Shown here piece after piece: positions 38,196 to 51,368 of a stretch of 64,000 nucleotides of DNA (the stretch's first letter is position 1; each line of letters starts with the position of its first letter). Source of the stretch: Octopus vulgaris (lineage: Eukaryota); contig OX597824.1 of the NCBI GenBank assembly GCA_951406725.2, positions 49,166,001 to 49,230,000 on the forward strand, written 5' to 3'. Both the position numbers and the translations under genes were made by a program. The notes under the pieces were generated by a model. The model searched no databases. It had not been told where the DNA came from and worked only from the letters and a program-made list of their open reading frames with translations.

Positions 38196-38277
38196 GCTTT
38201 AAGTAAGTTAACTGGCATACAACCAAAGTTTTTTGTTGATGGTATTGGTGGCTTTGATGTTCAGCAAGGACAGTTGG
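38196..38277 (+). CDS. Calpain-like exon 2 (ALSKLTGIQPKFFVDGIGGFDVQQGQLG)
   Basis: tttAG / GTGAGT boundaries; calpain PxFxVDG..DVxQGxLG motif. Confidence 0.92.
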
Positions 38278-39112
38278 GTGAGTACAGAATTGATTCTTGA
38301 ATTTTTTGGGTTGTTTTGGTGTTGTGCTAGCCACCCATTTAACTAAAGAGATTGTCTAAGAAACTGGTAGATCTCTGATTGTCATGTGTGTGTAACTTAC
38401 ACGACACCAAAACCAGCCATATATATAACATAGCCATACATAACATACCATTGCTAAACAGGATAAATGGCACATCTTGTGTTGCAGGCACCAAAATAAA
38501 TTCATCTTCAAAAAATAATCTGAACTACAAACAAGATAGACAATGGACAATGCAGCAACAGCTGTGTGGACAATGAAAATTCAAAGAGACAGACAAAATA
38601 GTAATGGCACTTCACACAGAAAGAAAAAAAACCCCAGATACACTCATTTCTAATTCAAACCAACAGAATCTCACACACACACAACACACACAGGAATATA
38701 CTTCATAGGTAAAAAGATCACATGAACAAAAATGTAATAAAACCACTGTACCATAAAATTACCCTAAAACCCCATTTAACCATAAAAACAACATACAAAG
38801 TGGATGATCAGCAAACTGTAAAAACAACCTTGCTGTATGTTTTGAGAAGTAAATCTGATGACAAAAGTAGCATAAGAAACGAAGTGTAAATAAAACTTGC
38901 TTCTTTTGACAAACAGGATATCTGCTTTAATGAATCTCATAAAAATAAACTTGATAGACAGAAAATTTTCCATGAATATAAATAAGTATCTTTAACAAAT
39001 AAGTTCAAAGAAAAACACCAAAACAATAAGTAACCACTAGAAAGACAAAAAAAATTAACTTATCCTGATTGTAACAAACATTATCATCATCTTTTTGTTT
39101 TTTCAAATGCAG

Positions 39113-39374
39113 GAGACAGCTGGCTTTTGGCTGCCATAGCATGTCTAGCCACACCTGGATGTTCAACTCTCTTCCATCGTGTTATTCCACTTAACCAAAG
39201 TTTCCATGTCAATGATTACTGTGGTGCATTTTACTTCAACTTCTGGCACAGTGGTAACTGGGTAGAGATTGTTGTAGATGACTATTTACCCACCTATGAA
39301 GGACAGTACTGCTTTCTACATTCCAGCAAAAGTAATGAATTTTGGCCAGCTCTTCTGGAAAAGGCTTATGCCAA
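39113..39374 (+). CDS. Calpain-like exon 3 ([11 protein letters not shown]...[12 protein letters not shown]); catalytic Cys position is Ser
   Basis: gcAG / GTAAGA boundaries; motifs [25 protein letters not shown]. Confidence 0.95.
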
Positions 39375-40853
39375 GTAAGAATTTCGTTTTGATCTTCTTT
39401 ATTTTAGTCTTTTAATTTCTTTTGAGTCAACAGTACATGACTAGACCATAATTGTTGTTGTTTAGCACCAGATCATGCTTGAATTATAGGTTGCAGCTAA
39501 ACTACAGGTGTGATATTTGTGAGTGATGGGTATTAAGCGAGTTATTTATGGAGGCATTACAACTTGTTATAGAATAATGGTAACTGCTTCCTAAGACAAG
39601 CTGCAAGTTCAATTCCTGTTTAGTGCTTGTCTCACAATTTTGATTATTTCTATTATATCATGCATTTTGTGAGCAATAGGATACAAATGTTCACGATGCA
39701 ACTATTACAACTTGACATTTCTGATGGTAAGTGGAACAAGGGAGTGTCTGAACAACTTGGCCAGATTAAATACTGCAATATTTTCATTTAATTACTCATT
39801 TATTTTCTCACTGAAGTGTCTGTCTTTCACACATATACATTGACAAAAGATATATATGCAAACACACTAGCACACACAATGGGCTTCTACATAGTTTCCC
39901 TGTACTAAATTTCACTAAGAAGGCATTAATCAATCTAAGGTTATGGTAGAATACACTACTTACCTAGTATACCAGTCTGTAGGATTGAACCTAAAATGAT
40001 GTGGTTGCAAAGCAAACCTCTTAACCACCAAGTCATGCCAGCTCCCATATTTGGCCATCGTTCATTAACCATTAACTTGAAGAAGAATTAACCCACATTT
40101 ACCAAATTAGCTCACATTACAAAGATGGAGCTTTCATTGATATTCCAGTTAACCAATGGAAACATTTCAACAGGGATTGAACTTTGGACAAGATTTTTCT
40201 CCAAAGAGACACTTGTACGTAACTTCCATGATGGAATTTATCTTAGATCTCTTCATATTAACTGGTTTTGAGAACTATTATCCTGGATAAGCTTTTTGTA
40301 CAGAGAAGGATTTGAACTTGAGACTGAGAAGTAACACAACACTAATTAGTTTACAGCACAGTTTACTACTCCTTCCTTGAATATACAGGATTTGAAGTCT
40401 CTTTCTGTCCTCTCCTACCAACTGATCAGCTGATATGAACAGTGATTAGCTGACTTACATGGACACTTGTTTAAGGACTTCTCAAGTTTGTCACCGTTTT
40501 TACTAGATTTCTTTTCTTCTCTGGTGATAAAAGGTGGGATTTAATCATTTAGCATTTAAACCAGCCATATCTGGCCCAAATAGCCAACCCATTTTGTATT
40601 CAAAATGGTTAGATTTGGCCTCTCACAACTACCCTATAATGTCATTCTAAAAAATAAACAGTCACATCATCAAAATCTTGAAGCTATGAGATAATACATG
40701 ATTAATTCAAAACAATCTTCATCATCATCGTTTAACATCTGTTTTCCATGCTGGCATGGATTGGATGGTTTGACAGGAGCTGACCAGACTCCAATTGTCT
40801 GTTGTGGCATGGTTTCTATGGCTGGATGCCCTTCTGAATGTGAAAAATTTATG

Positions 40854-40926
40854 TTCCCGTGCTGGGAATTGAACCCGGGCCACCTGGGTGAAAAGCCAGG
40901 AATCCTAACCACTAAATCACAATAAA
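40854..40926 (-). pseudogene. tRNA-Glu(TTC) pseudogene
   Basis: TAGTGGTTAGGATTCCTGG-CTTTTCAC-CCAGGTGGCCCGGGTTCAATTCCC..CACGGGAA; 8-nt anticodon loop and broken acceptor stem. Confidence 0.7.
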
Positions 40927-41286
40927 TACATTTGACAAAATAATCTGAATACTAAAGAGTTAAACTCCAAATTCCAAAACAGATACCACCAGGTATCATA
41001 CCTAATGCTGTGCTATTCTGCCAGTCCATCACCTTGGACAAATGTGTATGCGCGTACCCCTCAGGCCCCACCTTGGGTCTGCCTCTGTGCAATCTTTCAG
41101 GCTCAGTTCATGTTAGAATGTTAGATGTATGTAAAAACCAGAACACTTGGAGAAACATGACATGTTATATAAACCTGTCTGAAGTTCAGTGAGTGGAAGC
41201 CAGTCAGATGGATTTTACCTGTAATTCTGAAAGGCTTAACCTTGTCACATGCTGTGCAATGTGATTCTATTTGGGGATTACATTAA

Positions 41287-41506
41287 CCCTTTAGCAATCA
41301 GATTATACTCCCAAATGTAAAGCTTATTTACTCACATTGTATTGAATTAATCCTGCATTATCTTGTAGTATTGAGATTTCCATGATGTGATTGTTTATTT
41401 TCACAATGACATTGTAGGGTAGGTGTGAGAGGCTTGATCTGACTGGTTTGAACATAAAATAGGTGGAATATTTGGGCCAGATATGGCCAGTTTGAATGCT
41501 AATGGG
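41287..41506. mobile_element. piggyBac-like MITE, same family as 54282
   Basis: TTAA CCCTTTAGCA start, shared body, TGCTAATGGG end. Confidence 0.65.
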
Positions 41507-44496
41507 TCAAAGGTATGTGTTTGTAGAATACTGAACCAGTTACAATTCAATAAGCAGATACATAATTCAATGAGTTGGTTGTGGTAAATCCATTTATTTT
41601 ACATTTACACGTACACAGACACATACCTCCACGCACATGCACACACATAACCTCATACACACAGTTTACAGTTCCAGTATAGGTAAGATCAACAAAAAAA
41701 GTACACAGGCCAGTGAGAGATAAATATCATTTAATCCACACAATTACAAAAAAGCTACAAGTAGTTTCATGCTTTTAAGATACATTAAATTGGCAGATTA
41801 TATAACATGCATCAGGCGTGGTCCCAGGAATTTTTCAAAGGAAGAGCACAAGGTCAAAAGGGAATACAATTCCATGAGAAAAGGGCGTAATAACATTATT
41901 TAGAAGGCACACTTCTTTTCTTGAGAGGGGCACACACCCCTCAGGCCCCACCTTGGGTCTGCTTCTGTGCATTGTATCTCCAAGCAATCTTTCAGGCTCA
42001 GTTCATGTTAGATGTATTTAAAAACCAGAACACTTGGAGATACATGGCATGTTATATAAATCTGTCGACTTAACGTATCCTAAAAGCATGAAACTATTAG
42101 AAGCTCTTTTGTAATTACGTATATTAAATGATACACATATATTCCTTTCTAATATAGATGCAAGGCCTGAAATTTTGGTGAAGGGGGCTAGTTGATTACA
42201 TTGACTTTGAAAGGATGAAGGGCAAAGTCAACCTCATTGGAATTTAAACTCAGGATATAAAGATGGACAAAATGCTGCTAAGCACTTTGTCCAGCATGCA
42301 AACAATTCTTCCAACTTACCTTATGTGTGTATATATATATATCTTAGCATTTCATTTTATGTAGACCTATATATAAAAACAAACATTAAATTGAAGGATC
42401 ATTCAATATCTTTCAGTAGAGTAAGATATTTATTTTATTTTTACATTGAACTGTCTGATGGAGGCTACATAAGCTGAATCTTTAGAAGAACTGTTAGCTT
42501 CTTTCTTGTCAAAATGATGCGTGTGTGTGTGTGTGTGTGTGAGAGAGAGAAAGAGAGAAAGTGATTCATTTTTGTTCATTTGATTCCCTTACCTATTTGT
42601 TGCTTTTCTCTGTTATTCTTTTGCTCCTCAAATTTCCTTTTTATTTCCTATATTTCTTCGTCTCTTTTTCTTCTCACTCCTCCTTTGTCTTTCACCTTTC
42701 TTCTGCCTGCTGGATTTTCTTTGCTCGCTCCCCCCTCTCTGTCTCTACTTTTCTCTTTCCTCCTCCTATTCTCCTTGAGTATTTTGTTAATATTTAACCA
42801 ACATAGTCCCTTTTTTATGATTCCATTCCATTCCCTTCATTTTCTTTTTCTTTTTTTATCCTTATTTTTAACTCCTATTAAGGTTTACATTCATTTTCTG
42901 TTATTTAGTTTTGATTAAAGCCCAAATCAATCCTGATTGAGCAGACTAATGATTGTTGTGCTTGCCATGACAATCCTATCCTTTTTATTGTAGTATATTT
43001 AATACTACATTCTCCATTTCTAAAGTAGAAGTATGATTTGACTGAGATTTAGCTGCTATTTCTAACAGTTGGAGTTACAGAAATGGTTGTGTACCTTATC
43101 AACCATCATCATTTTACTTTCACTTTCCCTGCTGGTATGGAGTGGACAAGTTGTCACGATCCAAGTCCTTGTTCACAGTTACTGCCCTTCTAGACAGGTC
43201 ACAGGACTGGGTCTTGCTTATACATCTCTCTCTTCTGCCAGGTAACCATGTACCTCCTCTATAGCAAGACACCTGTTTCTGCCTCTCTGTCTCTTTGTCA
43301 CACTCTAACCTATCATCACCTTTAATGCACCCTCCCCTCTCAAAATTCCTTGCCTTGCAAGTTACTTGGTGACCCTGCTGGTGCTGGTGCCACATAAAAA
43401 GCATCAAGTCCACACTGTGAAGTGGATGATATTTGGAATGGCATCCAGCTGTAAAAACCATGCCAAAGCTGACCTTGCTTGTGCTGGTGCCATGTAAAAA
43501 GCACTCAATCCACTCTACAAAGTGGTTGGTGTTATGAAGGGCATCCAGTTGTAAAAACCATGCGAAAACAGATACAGTAGCCTGGCTGGCTCCTGTCAAA
43601 CTATCCAACCCATGCCAGCATGGAAGACGGACATTAAATGATTATGATGATGACAATGATGACTTTCAACCTGGATTCTACAGCTTGATGCTCTTCCTAT
43701 CACCAATCACTTTACAGAGTGTACTGAGTGTATTTTATCATGGGTCTGTCATTAGAGAAGTTATCGTGTCATCAGTAAAACTAAAAATCCTACAATCTAA
43801 GATCATACCCTACTGTGTTTAACTCTGATTTTTCTTCCTTCTGGGTTTTAAACTAAGAAGTTAGCTCCACAATTTATAAAACAAATATCACTAATAACCA
43901 AGGGAAGATTCAGTTGACCATAATTCCTCCTCACCAAATTTGTCACTGTGGGTACCTGCATTGCTGTGGAGTTAAGAAGTTGTCTTCACAATTTTGTTCT
44001 ATATTTGACCCTATTGTTTGTTCTCTAGGGCAACTGTTTTCTCCTATGACCTTGAGTTAACTAAAAAAAACCTGTGGCTGAAATTGTGTGGGTGGAAGCT
44101 TGTGGGATAGGCTGTACCTGATTGGTCATAGCTTCTTGCTCTTTTGTACCAACAGTTTCAGAAACCTTGCAAACTGCATTGGCATAACCCTTTCTCTCTC
44201 TAAACCCTGCAAACAAAAGCCTGTGCCAAAATAAAAAAGAAAAGCAATTCCTTTGTAACCCAAAATATTTTTTTAAATGTTTTAATATATTGGTTATTTT
44301 AATGATTCTCGCTAACCCAAACCACCACTTGGTTCTTCAATTTTTAGCAATTATCGAAGAAAACATAATTTATTTTCCTTATCTTTTGTTTTATTTCCTT
44401 CCTTTTTGTAAATTTATTATTTACTTTTTTTTTCTTTTCTTTTTTCCCCTATTTTGTTTCTTTCCACTATTTTTTGAAAATTTGATTTCACTAAAG

Positions 44497-44677
44497 AATG
44501 TATGGATCCTATGAAGCTCTCAAAGTGAATGTTTTTGAAGATGTCCTTGCTGATTTAACTGGTGGACTAATAGAAAGCTACAAGCTTCATGGAGCCAATG
44601 CAAATGTTCCAGAAAACATCATTAATATTCTCTTTAAAGCTCTCGATAGATATTCTATTGTGGCTTGTGGCATAAAT
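44497..44677 (+). CDS. Calpain-like exon 4 (MYGSYEALKVN...DLTGG...ACGIN)
   Basis: aaAG / GTAAGT boundaries, phases 2-0 fit neighbours; GSYEAL and DLTGG motifs. Confidence 0.92.
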
Positions 44678-45595
44678 GTAAGTAAATATCACAAGATTAT
44701 ATTTCCCAAGAAGGGATCATCATCATTGCCATCATCATTATCATCATCATTTAACATGTTTTCCATGCTGGCTTGGGTTGGACGGTTTGACTGGAGTTGG
44801 TAAGGATGAAAGGCAAAAATCAACTTACTTGGAATTTGGACTCAGAACATAAAGACTAATGAAATGCCGCTAAGCTTTTTCACCCTGCATGCTAATGATT
44901 CTGCCATCTTGATGGCTTGTGGAGAAGAGAAATATTGCTGATGAATTTATAGTTATTTACAAATGGAATTTTTCGTATTCATTTTATGATCTCTTAAAAT
45001 TGTTAAACACCACTAGTTACAATGCACTTCCTCACAATGTTGGAGCTTTCAAATGATGCCACCTAGCTGGCTTGGCAGGTAGACCTATAGCATATAAGTG
45101 ACCAGGATCATGGTATTCCCTTTAAACAGGATGTCAGTCCATTGCAGGGTAACTCATTTATAGTTGAGTGGACTGGAGCAAATGAAGTATTTTGCTCAAG
45201 AACACAATGCTCTGTCCAGAAATTGAAACTATGTTCTTGTGCTCATGAGTGCAACACCCTAACCACTAGGCCATACATCTCAGTGGTTTGAGCATTAGGC
45301 TCACAATCATGAGGTAGTGAGTTTGATTCCCAGACTGGACTGTGTTGTGTTCTTGAGCAAGACACTTTATTTTATGTTGCTCCAGTTCACTCATCTGTAG
45401 AAATGAGTTGCAACATCACTGGTGCCAAGCTGTATCAGCCTTTACCTTTCTCTTGGATAACATCAGTGGCATGGAGAGGGAAGGCTGGTATGCATTGGCG
45501 ACTGCTGATCTTTGATAAAAACAACCTTGCCTGGACTTGTGTCTCAGGATAACTTTCTAGGTGCAATCCCATGGTCATTCATGACCAAAGTGGAT

Positions 45596-45598
<3 letters not shown>

Positions 45599-45645
<47 letters not shown>
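45599..45645. repeat. (TA)n microsatellite
   Basis: Direct reading. Confidence 0.9.
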
Positions 45646-45649
<4 letters not shown>

Positions 45650-46780
45650 AATGTGGAGAGGGGCTCACACATCTAAAACAGAGTTAGAAGAAACTTTAAT
45701 CAAGTGAGATTATCCAAACAAATAGTTGACAAAAATTCCTTCTACGATTGCTTAAGTCGACGGAGACGAAACAAGGGAGGTAACTTTAATTAGATCTATC
45801 AGTCAAAACTTGGGACAAAATACACAATGCAAATTGAAGTGGATCTGGTCTTCAGAGCCAACTGATTAAAGCAATGGACTTGATTTAGTATTATTAAATC
45901 TCTTCGTCATTAAAGCAGGATTTTTTTTCTTTTTGTTCATAACTGAGTCTGAGCCATTGAATGAGTTTCTGTGCATCTGTTATACTCTCAACCATTCTTT
46001 GAAATGTGGACTAAAAGGTCTGTAGTCTTTATTTCTTAGGAAATTAATACTCCACAACAGATGCAAACTGGTATGTTAGACTCTAGATTGCAATGTGAGT
46101 CAGTTTGAAAGTAAATGATATCAGCTGAATCATATCTTGACTCTTCAGATATGTTGTCAAGGCGAGCAGGCTTCAGTAACTGACCGTGTTTAGGGGCAAT
46201 AAATTTACATTGTTAATATACAACAAAGGTTAGATTTGAATTCTTGTGTAAATTCACAACCATTGTGATATTATTCATACCCTGTACTCATGTTTTTTAA
46301 AATTTTTTGTTTTTTAGTCAGGAGGAAGACAGTACCTCTGACCAATTACAGTACATCGAAGGCTGGGGGGTGGGCAGGGAGATATCCTCAAACCAAAACC
46401 TAGCCTGACTGCTTGCACTCTGCTAATACCTCTCAAAAATATCAGCCAGGTGACAATTTAAGTCTACCATCCAAGTATTCCAGGGCAGGATTTGAATTCA
46501 GGATGCACAGTCAGAACAAATAGTATAAGGCATTCAGTGAGATGTTTTTACAGCTCCTTCAATTCACTGCCTTGGACTGGTACTTTTCCATCAATATTCG
46601 GAAAGATAAAACTCTTGAGTTGACTTTGGTAGATTTTGAATCCTAGTATAGAGAGTTGGAACAAATACCACAAAATATTTTGTCTAATTTTCTAATGACT
46701 GGTAGTGTGCGTGTGAGCAATTGTGGTTGAATTCACACCATTTTAGATTTATCTATTCTCTTTTCATTTTGATCTTTCAG

Positions 46781-46864
46781 TCATTGTCACTGGATGAAAA
46801 ACAGTGTGAACTTCCAAATGGTTTGTTGTCAGGTCATATTTATAACATCACTGATTTACGGCAG
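46781..46864 (+). CDS. Calpain-like exon 5 with catalytic-His motif (NGLLSGHIYNITD)
   Basis: tttcAG / GTAATA boundaries, 84 nt; matches GLVxGHAYSVT. Confidence 0.92.
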
Positions 46865-47727
46865 GTAATATTTTAATTTGGATTTTTGGTTTTCAGATAA
46901 ATTTCAGAAACTTAATATTTTATTTAGTAATTTCCTATGTGAATGGACATACACGAACACACATCATCATCATACATCTGTTTTCTATGCTGGCATGGGT
47001 TGGACAATCTGACAGGAGCTACTCAAGTTTTGTTGTCTGTTTTGGCAATGCTTCTATAGCTGAATACTCTTCCTAATGCCAACTACTTTACAGTGTACTG
47101 GGAGATTTTTACATGACACTAGCATCAACATCATCATAATTTGATATCTTTTTTTCATTCTATCATAGGTTAAGTAGTCTGAGTCATTTTTGTTATTGAC
47201 TGGTGCTCATTAAGCTTAGATTCTACAGCTGGATGCTCTTCTGTTGTTAACCACAATACATAGTGATGGATAGGACTAAAGAAGCCTCACAACCCTACCG
47301 TTATATATATCATTGTATTGACCAGACTATTAGATGGTGTTATACACCATTGATTGCAATGCACCTCCTCGCATTGTTTTAGCTTTTAGATGATGCTCCC
47401 CTGCTGGCTAGTGGACAGGACAATATTACCCCTGAATGGAATGCCAGTCTGTTGTAAGTTTACCTATTTACAACTGAGTGGACAGGAGCAACATGAAATG
47501 AAGCATTTTACTTAAGAACTCAACACACCTCCTGGTCTGAGAATCAAAATCGCATTCTTGTGAGTGCAAGTGCAATAGCCCCTACCTCTAGGCCATGTGC
47601 CTCCACTAGTAGAGAAGTTTGTACATTTGTAATGTATATTTTTTGTTACTGCATATGTGCATATGCATGTAACCATATTGTCTCTTTCTTGTAAATAGTT
47701 ATGCATATTCGCTGTTTTCCATTGCAG

Positions 47728-47828
47728 CTTTTACTGCCCTCGGATCAAGGAAATCGCTCAGTCACTCTGATAAGGATTCGAAACCCTTGGGGTGAACATA
47801 TTGCCTGGAATGGACCGTGGAATGAAAG
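47728..47828 (+). CDS. Calpain-like exon 6 with catalytic-Asn motif (LIRIRNPWGEHIAWNGPWNE)
   Basis: ttgcAG / GTAATC boundaries; RNPWG motif. Confidence 0.94.
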
Positions 47829-48006
47829 GTAATCTTGAATAAATTCAAATTTGACATTTTCTTTTCTTATTTTAATTTCCTTTAATTTTTTGTTTTTAGT
47901 TAAACATATCGTTATTTTCATTAGTATATTTATTGTTATATCATCTTTCCTTTGAAAATTTATTTTGACTTCCAGATTACAATGTGTTTATTTTCAAATT
48001 CTGTAG

Positions 48007-48084
48007 GTCTGTTGAATGGAACAGTATTCCTAGCGATGAGAGGGAAAAATTAGGACTAGTCTTCAATGATGATGGAGAATTTTG
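48007..48084 (+). CDS. Calpain-like exon 7 (SVEWNSIPSDEREKLGLVFNDDGEFW)
   Basis: gtAG / GTATGT boundaries; DDGEFW motif. Confidence 0.94.
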
Positions 48085-48624
48085 GTATGTATTTTTTGTG
48101 TGAATTTTATTTATGTATACATATATTTTATTATCTCTGCCTGCCTCTCCTTCTTCTCTTATTACCTCCCCCTCTCTCTCTCTTTAAATATATAAATATA
48201 TAGAATGTTTTATAATATTTCATGTCTCCAGGATTGATATGTATCAGTCATATACTGTATTATTACTATTTTAACTTCATGTAAAGCAGCAGGGTGATTA
48301 TTATTGTTGGATCTCTGGAAAAAATACCTTGCCACATGTGTCCAAGTTCAAATCCTGTGGAGATCAATTTTTCCTTGCATCTCTCTGGGGTCAATAAAGT
48401 AAGTATGAGTCAAGTGCAGGGATCAATGATATTGATTGATCTCCTCCCTTCAAACGCTGGCCTGGCACCTAAATTAGAAACTATTATTATTATTATTACT
48501 TTTTGATGTTTCAAGTAAAATATAAAGGTGACAATTTGCTTTAGGTTGCTGGCCTACAGCCAAATTGTTGATGGTTTATATCTTGCTTTTGACACAGAAC
48601 ATATTCCTGAAAAGTATACTTTAA

Positions 48625-49054
48625 CCCTTTAGTTTTTTAACTGGCCATATGGGGCTGAAATATTCTATCAGTTATGTGCAAACTAGCCAGATTTGTCCTC
48701 TTACACTTATCCTACAATGTCATTGTAAAAATAAACTATCACACCATTAAAATCTCAAAACTATTAAATAATGCATGATTAATACTTCAGCATTCAGATT
48801 TCTCTGCCAAATGTAATGCCTATTTATTCACATTTTTTAAATTAAGCATGCATTTGAGATCTCAATGATATGATTGTTTATTTTACACTGACATTGTAGG
48901 GTAAGTGTGAAAGGCAGGACCTGACCAGTTTGAGCATAAAACACAGATAATATTTTGGTCTGATATGTCCAGTTTCAATGCTAAAGGGTTAACTGAAAAA
49001 CAATATAAATAAATAAGTCTTACATTTTGACAGATTAATCTGAATGATAAAGGG
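48625..49054. mobile_element. Nested pair of piggyBac-like MITEs in opposite orientation
   Basis: TTAA-CCCTTTAG start; two AAAGGG-TTAA ends, at 48988 and 49054. Confidence 0.6.
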
Positions 49055-50420
49055 TTAACTTTCACCAGCTTTGACTTGGTCAGTTCAGTTGGCTGTTAAT
49101 AGGTAAAATAGTGTGGGAAATAATTTATTGGTGGATTTTAGAAAGTGGGAAACATTATGTAATAAGTGTTCTGTTAACTTGGAGTCATTAGTTTGAATCT
49201 TCTTAGAGAATGCAACAAAATACCACTTTCCAATGTTTCCTATCTTGAATTGGACACAAGCACATGACATGAAGATGAAGTTTTCAGTAGAACTCCAGTT
49301 GCTCAATGAGAGTACACAACCTTATTTTCTTTCATGTTAAGCTGATGGTGTCTTCTTCAACTGATGATGGATCTTTCATTGGTGAATTGTCAGAGCACTA
49401 ACTAGAATGCTTTAAGATGTTTATTTTAGTTCTCTGTGCTCTGAGTTCAAATCTTACTGAGGTCAACTTTGCATTTCATCCTTTTAGTGGTCAATAAAGT
49501 TTGAGTCCAGTATGAGAATCAATTCTTCTCTTTCTCTCTTTGTTTATTACTTTTTTGTCTCTCTGGATGAAAAGTACTGTGGTTAGTCAAACCCGAAGGT
49601 ATGTGGGCTCAACCAAAGCCACGTTGTATGTCACAATGGTGCTCTTTCAACTCCATCAGGAGTTGAGGGATCGAAGCAAAGCAAAGATCTTGCTTTGTTT
49701 CTATGACAAGTGGCCTGTTTGGCCAATGATTGGAACTAGCTGCTTTTTGTGTTACAATGTAAGCAGCTGGGTATTCCACAGGCATTTTGACCCTAAGTGT
49801 AATTTTTCGGCTGGATCTCCAGAACCATAGATGCAATACATAAAGTGAAATTTCGCATAGTTTTCATCTAATTTCATTTACAAAACATGGGTCAACCTGA
49901 CACTGTAGAACACATTTGCCTCAAGTGCTGAACAGTGGGATCAAACAAAGTCATGTCTGTTCCTTCTTCAACAGAAGATAAATTATGAAAACATTATATT
50001 ATCATCATCATCACTGTTTTAATGTTCTCTTTTCCATGCTTACATAGGACAGGCAAAATTTACTGGGGCAGATATTTTATGGACAAATGCCCTTCCTGTC
50101 ACCAACCCTGCCTAAGCATGTTAAAATTTTTCCTGTGGGCTGGACAGGTTGTTCATGAAAGATTAGAAATGAATAACTCTATTTGTTTGCTGGTGACACA
50201 TGTTTATAACTATCATACAATGCCAAAACAAGGATACACATACACAACAGGCTTTTTTTTTCAGTTTCTGTCTACCAGGTTCATTCACAAGACTTTGGCT
50301 GGATCAGGGCAATAGTGAAAGACATTTGTCCAAGGTGCCTTGTAGTGGGACTGAACTGAAAACCACACAATTGGGAAGCAAACTTTTGAAACCACACACC
50401 CATGCTTGCTTCAATACATT

Positions 50421-50636
50421 ATGAAGGGATACTGAAAAGTTCCTGACTTTAAGGGTATCATGAAAGGCCTGGTTGGAGGCACAGCCTTCCTAGTTCTCTT
50501 ACAGGGCTTAGAAAAACTGAAGGACTGCTGCAATAAATGTGTGAATCTGAGATAGGAATACGTTAAATAAAATCATAATTAACTGATCCTCCTGTATTTT
50601 ACCAAAAACCAGCAACTTTTCAGCACTCCCTGGAAT
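50421..50636. mobile_element. Mariner-derived MITE
   Basis: Degenerate TIRs GGGATACTGAAAAGTTCCTG / CAGCAACTTTTCAGCACTCCC. Confidence 0.55.
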
Positions 50637-50712
50637 ATTCCATCTTTGTTCAATTCACTTTCAACATTTCAAATGCTTACTGAATCTTTCACTTTTTTTT
50701 TTTATCCTTCAG

Positions 50713-50870
50713 GATGGACTTCAATGATTTTAAAGCTCATTTTGACACTTTGAATATCTGTAATTTGTCTCCTGATGCTCCATTGAACATGCCTAGGACA
50801 TGGTTTGCAGTGGAATTCCATAATAGATGGTACAAAGGTTTCTCTGCTGGAGGAAGACCATCCTGCTCTA
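50713..50870 (+). CDS. Calpain-like exon 8 (end of CysPc, start of C2-like/CBSW domain)
   Basis: ttcAG / GTAAGT boundaries; MDFNDF...ICNLSPD...WYKGFSAGG. Confidence 0.93.
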
Positions 50871-51207
50871 GTAAGTATTCAAATTTAAAAGATGTAGGGA
50901 AAACAAAAATTTCTGACAGCTTTGACTTAAAATTAATGTTGTCACACAAATCAGTGTTGTTATTGTAGTAGTAGTAGTAGTAGTAGTGTTTGGCTTTAAT
51001 CAAATAAAATAAGTAAATATTTTCATAAATTACTAAATAGAATGTGAAAATTGGTATTATAACATTATAACATTTGATGACAATATTACAGTAACTTTTG
51101 ATATTATAATATAAAATAACCAAGTGAATTAACTTAACCAATTTTGGTGACTTCCTTTTCACATTATATATCATAATCAGGTTATTTCAATTTTTTTTCT
51201 TTTGCAG

Positions 51208-51368
51208 CTACACACTGGAGTAATCCTCAGTATCGTATGATTCTCGGTGATTCTGATGAAGATGATGACACTCACTGTAGTGTCATCCTACAGCTTGCAC
51301 AGAAAGACTGCAGAAGAATCAAGCTGAAGAACCCTTGCTTACAATACATAGGATTTGTAATTTATAAG
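51208..51368 (+). CDS. Calpain-like exon 9 (CBSW: WSNPQY, acidic loop DSDEDDD, IGFVIYK)
   Basis: ttgcAG / GTTTGT boundaries, phases fit. Confidence 0.93.
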
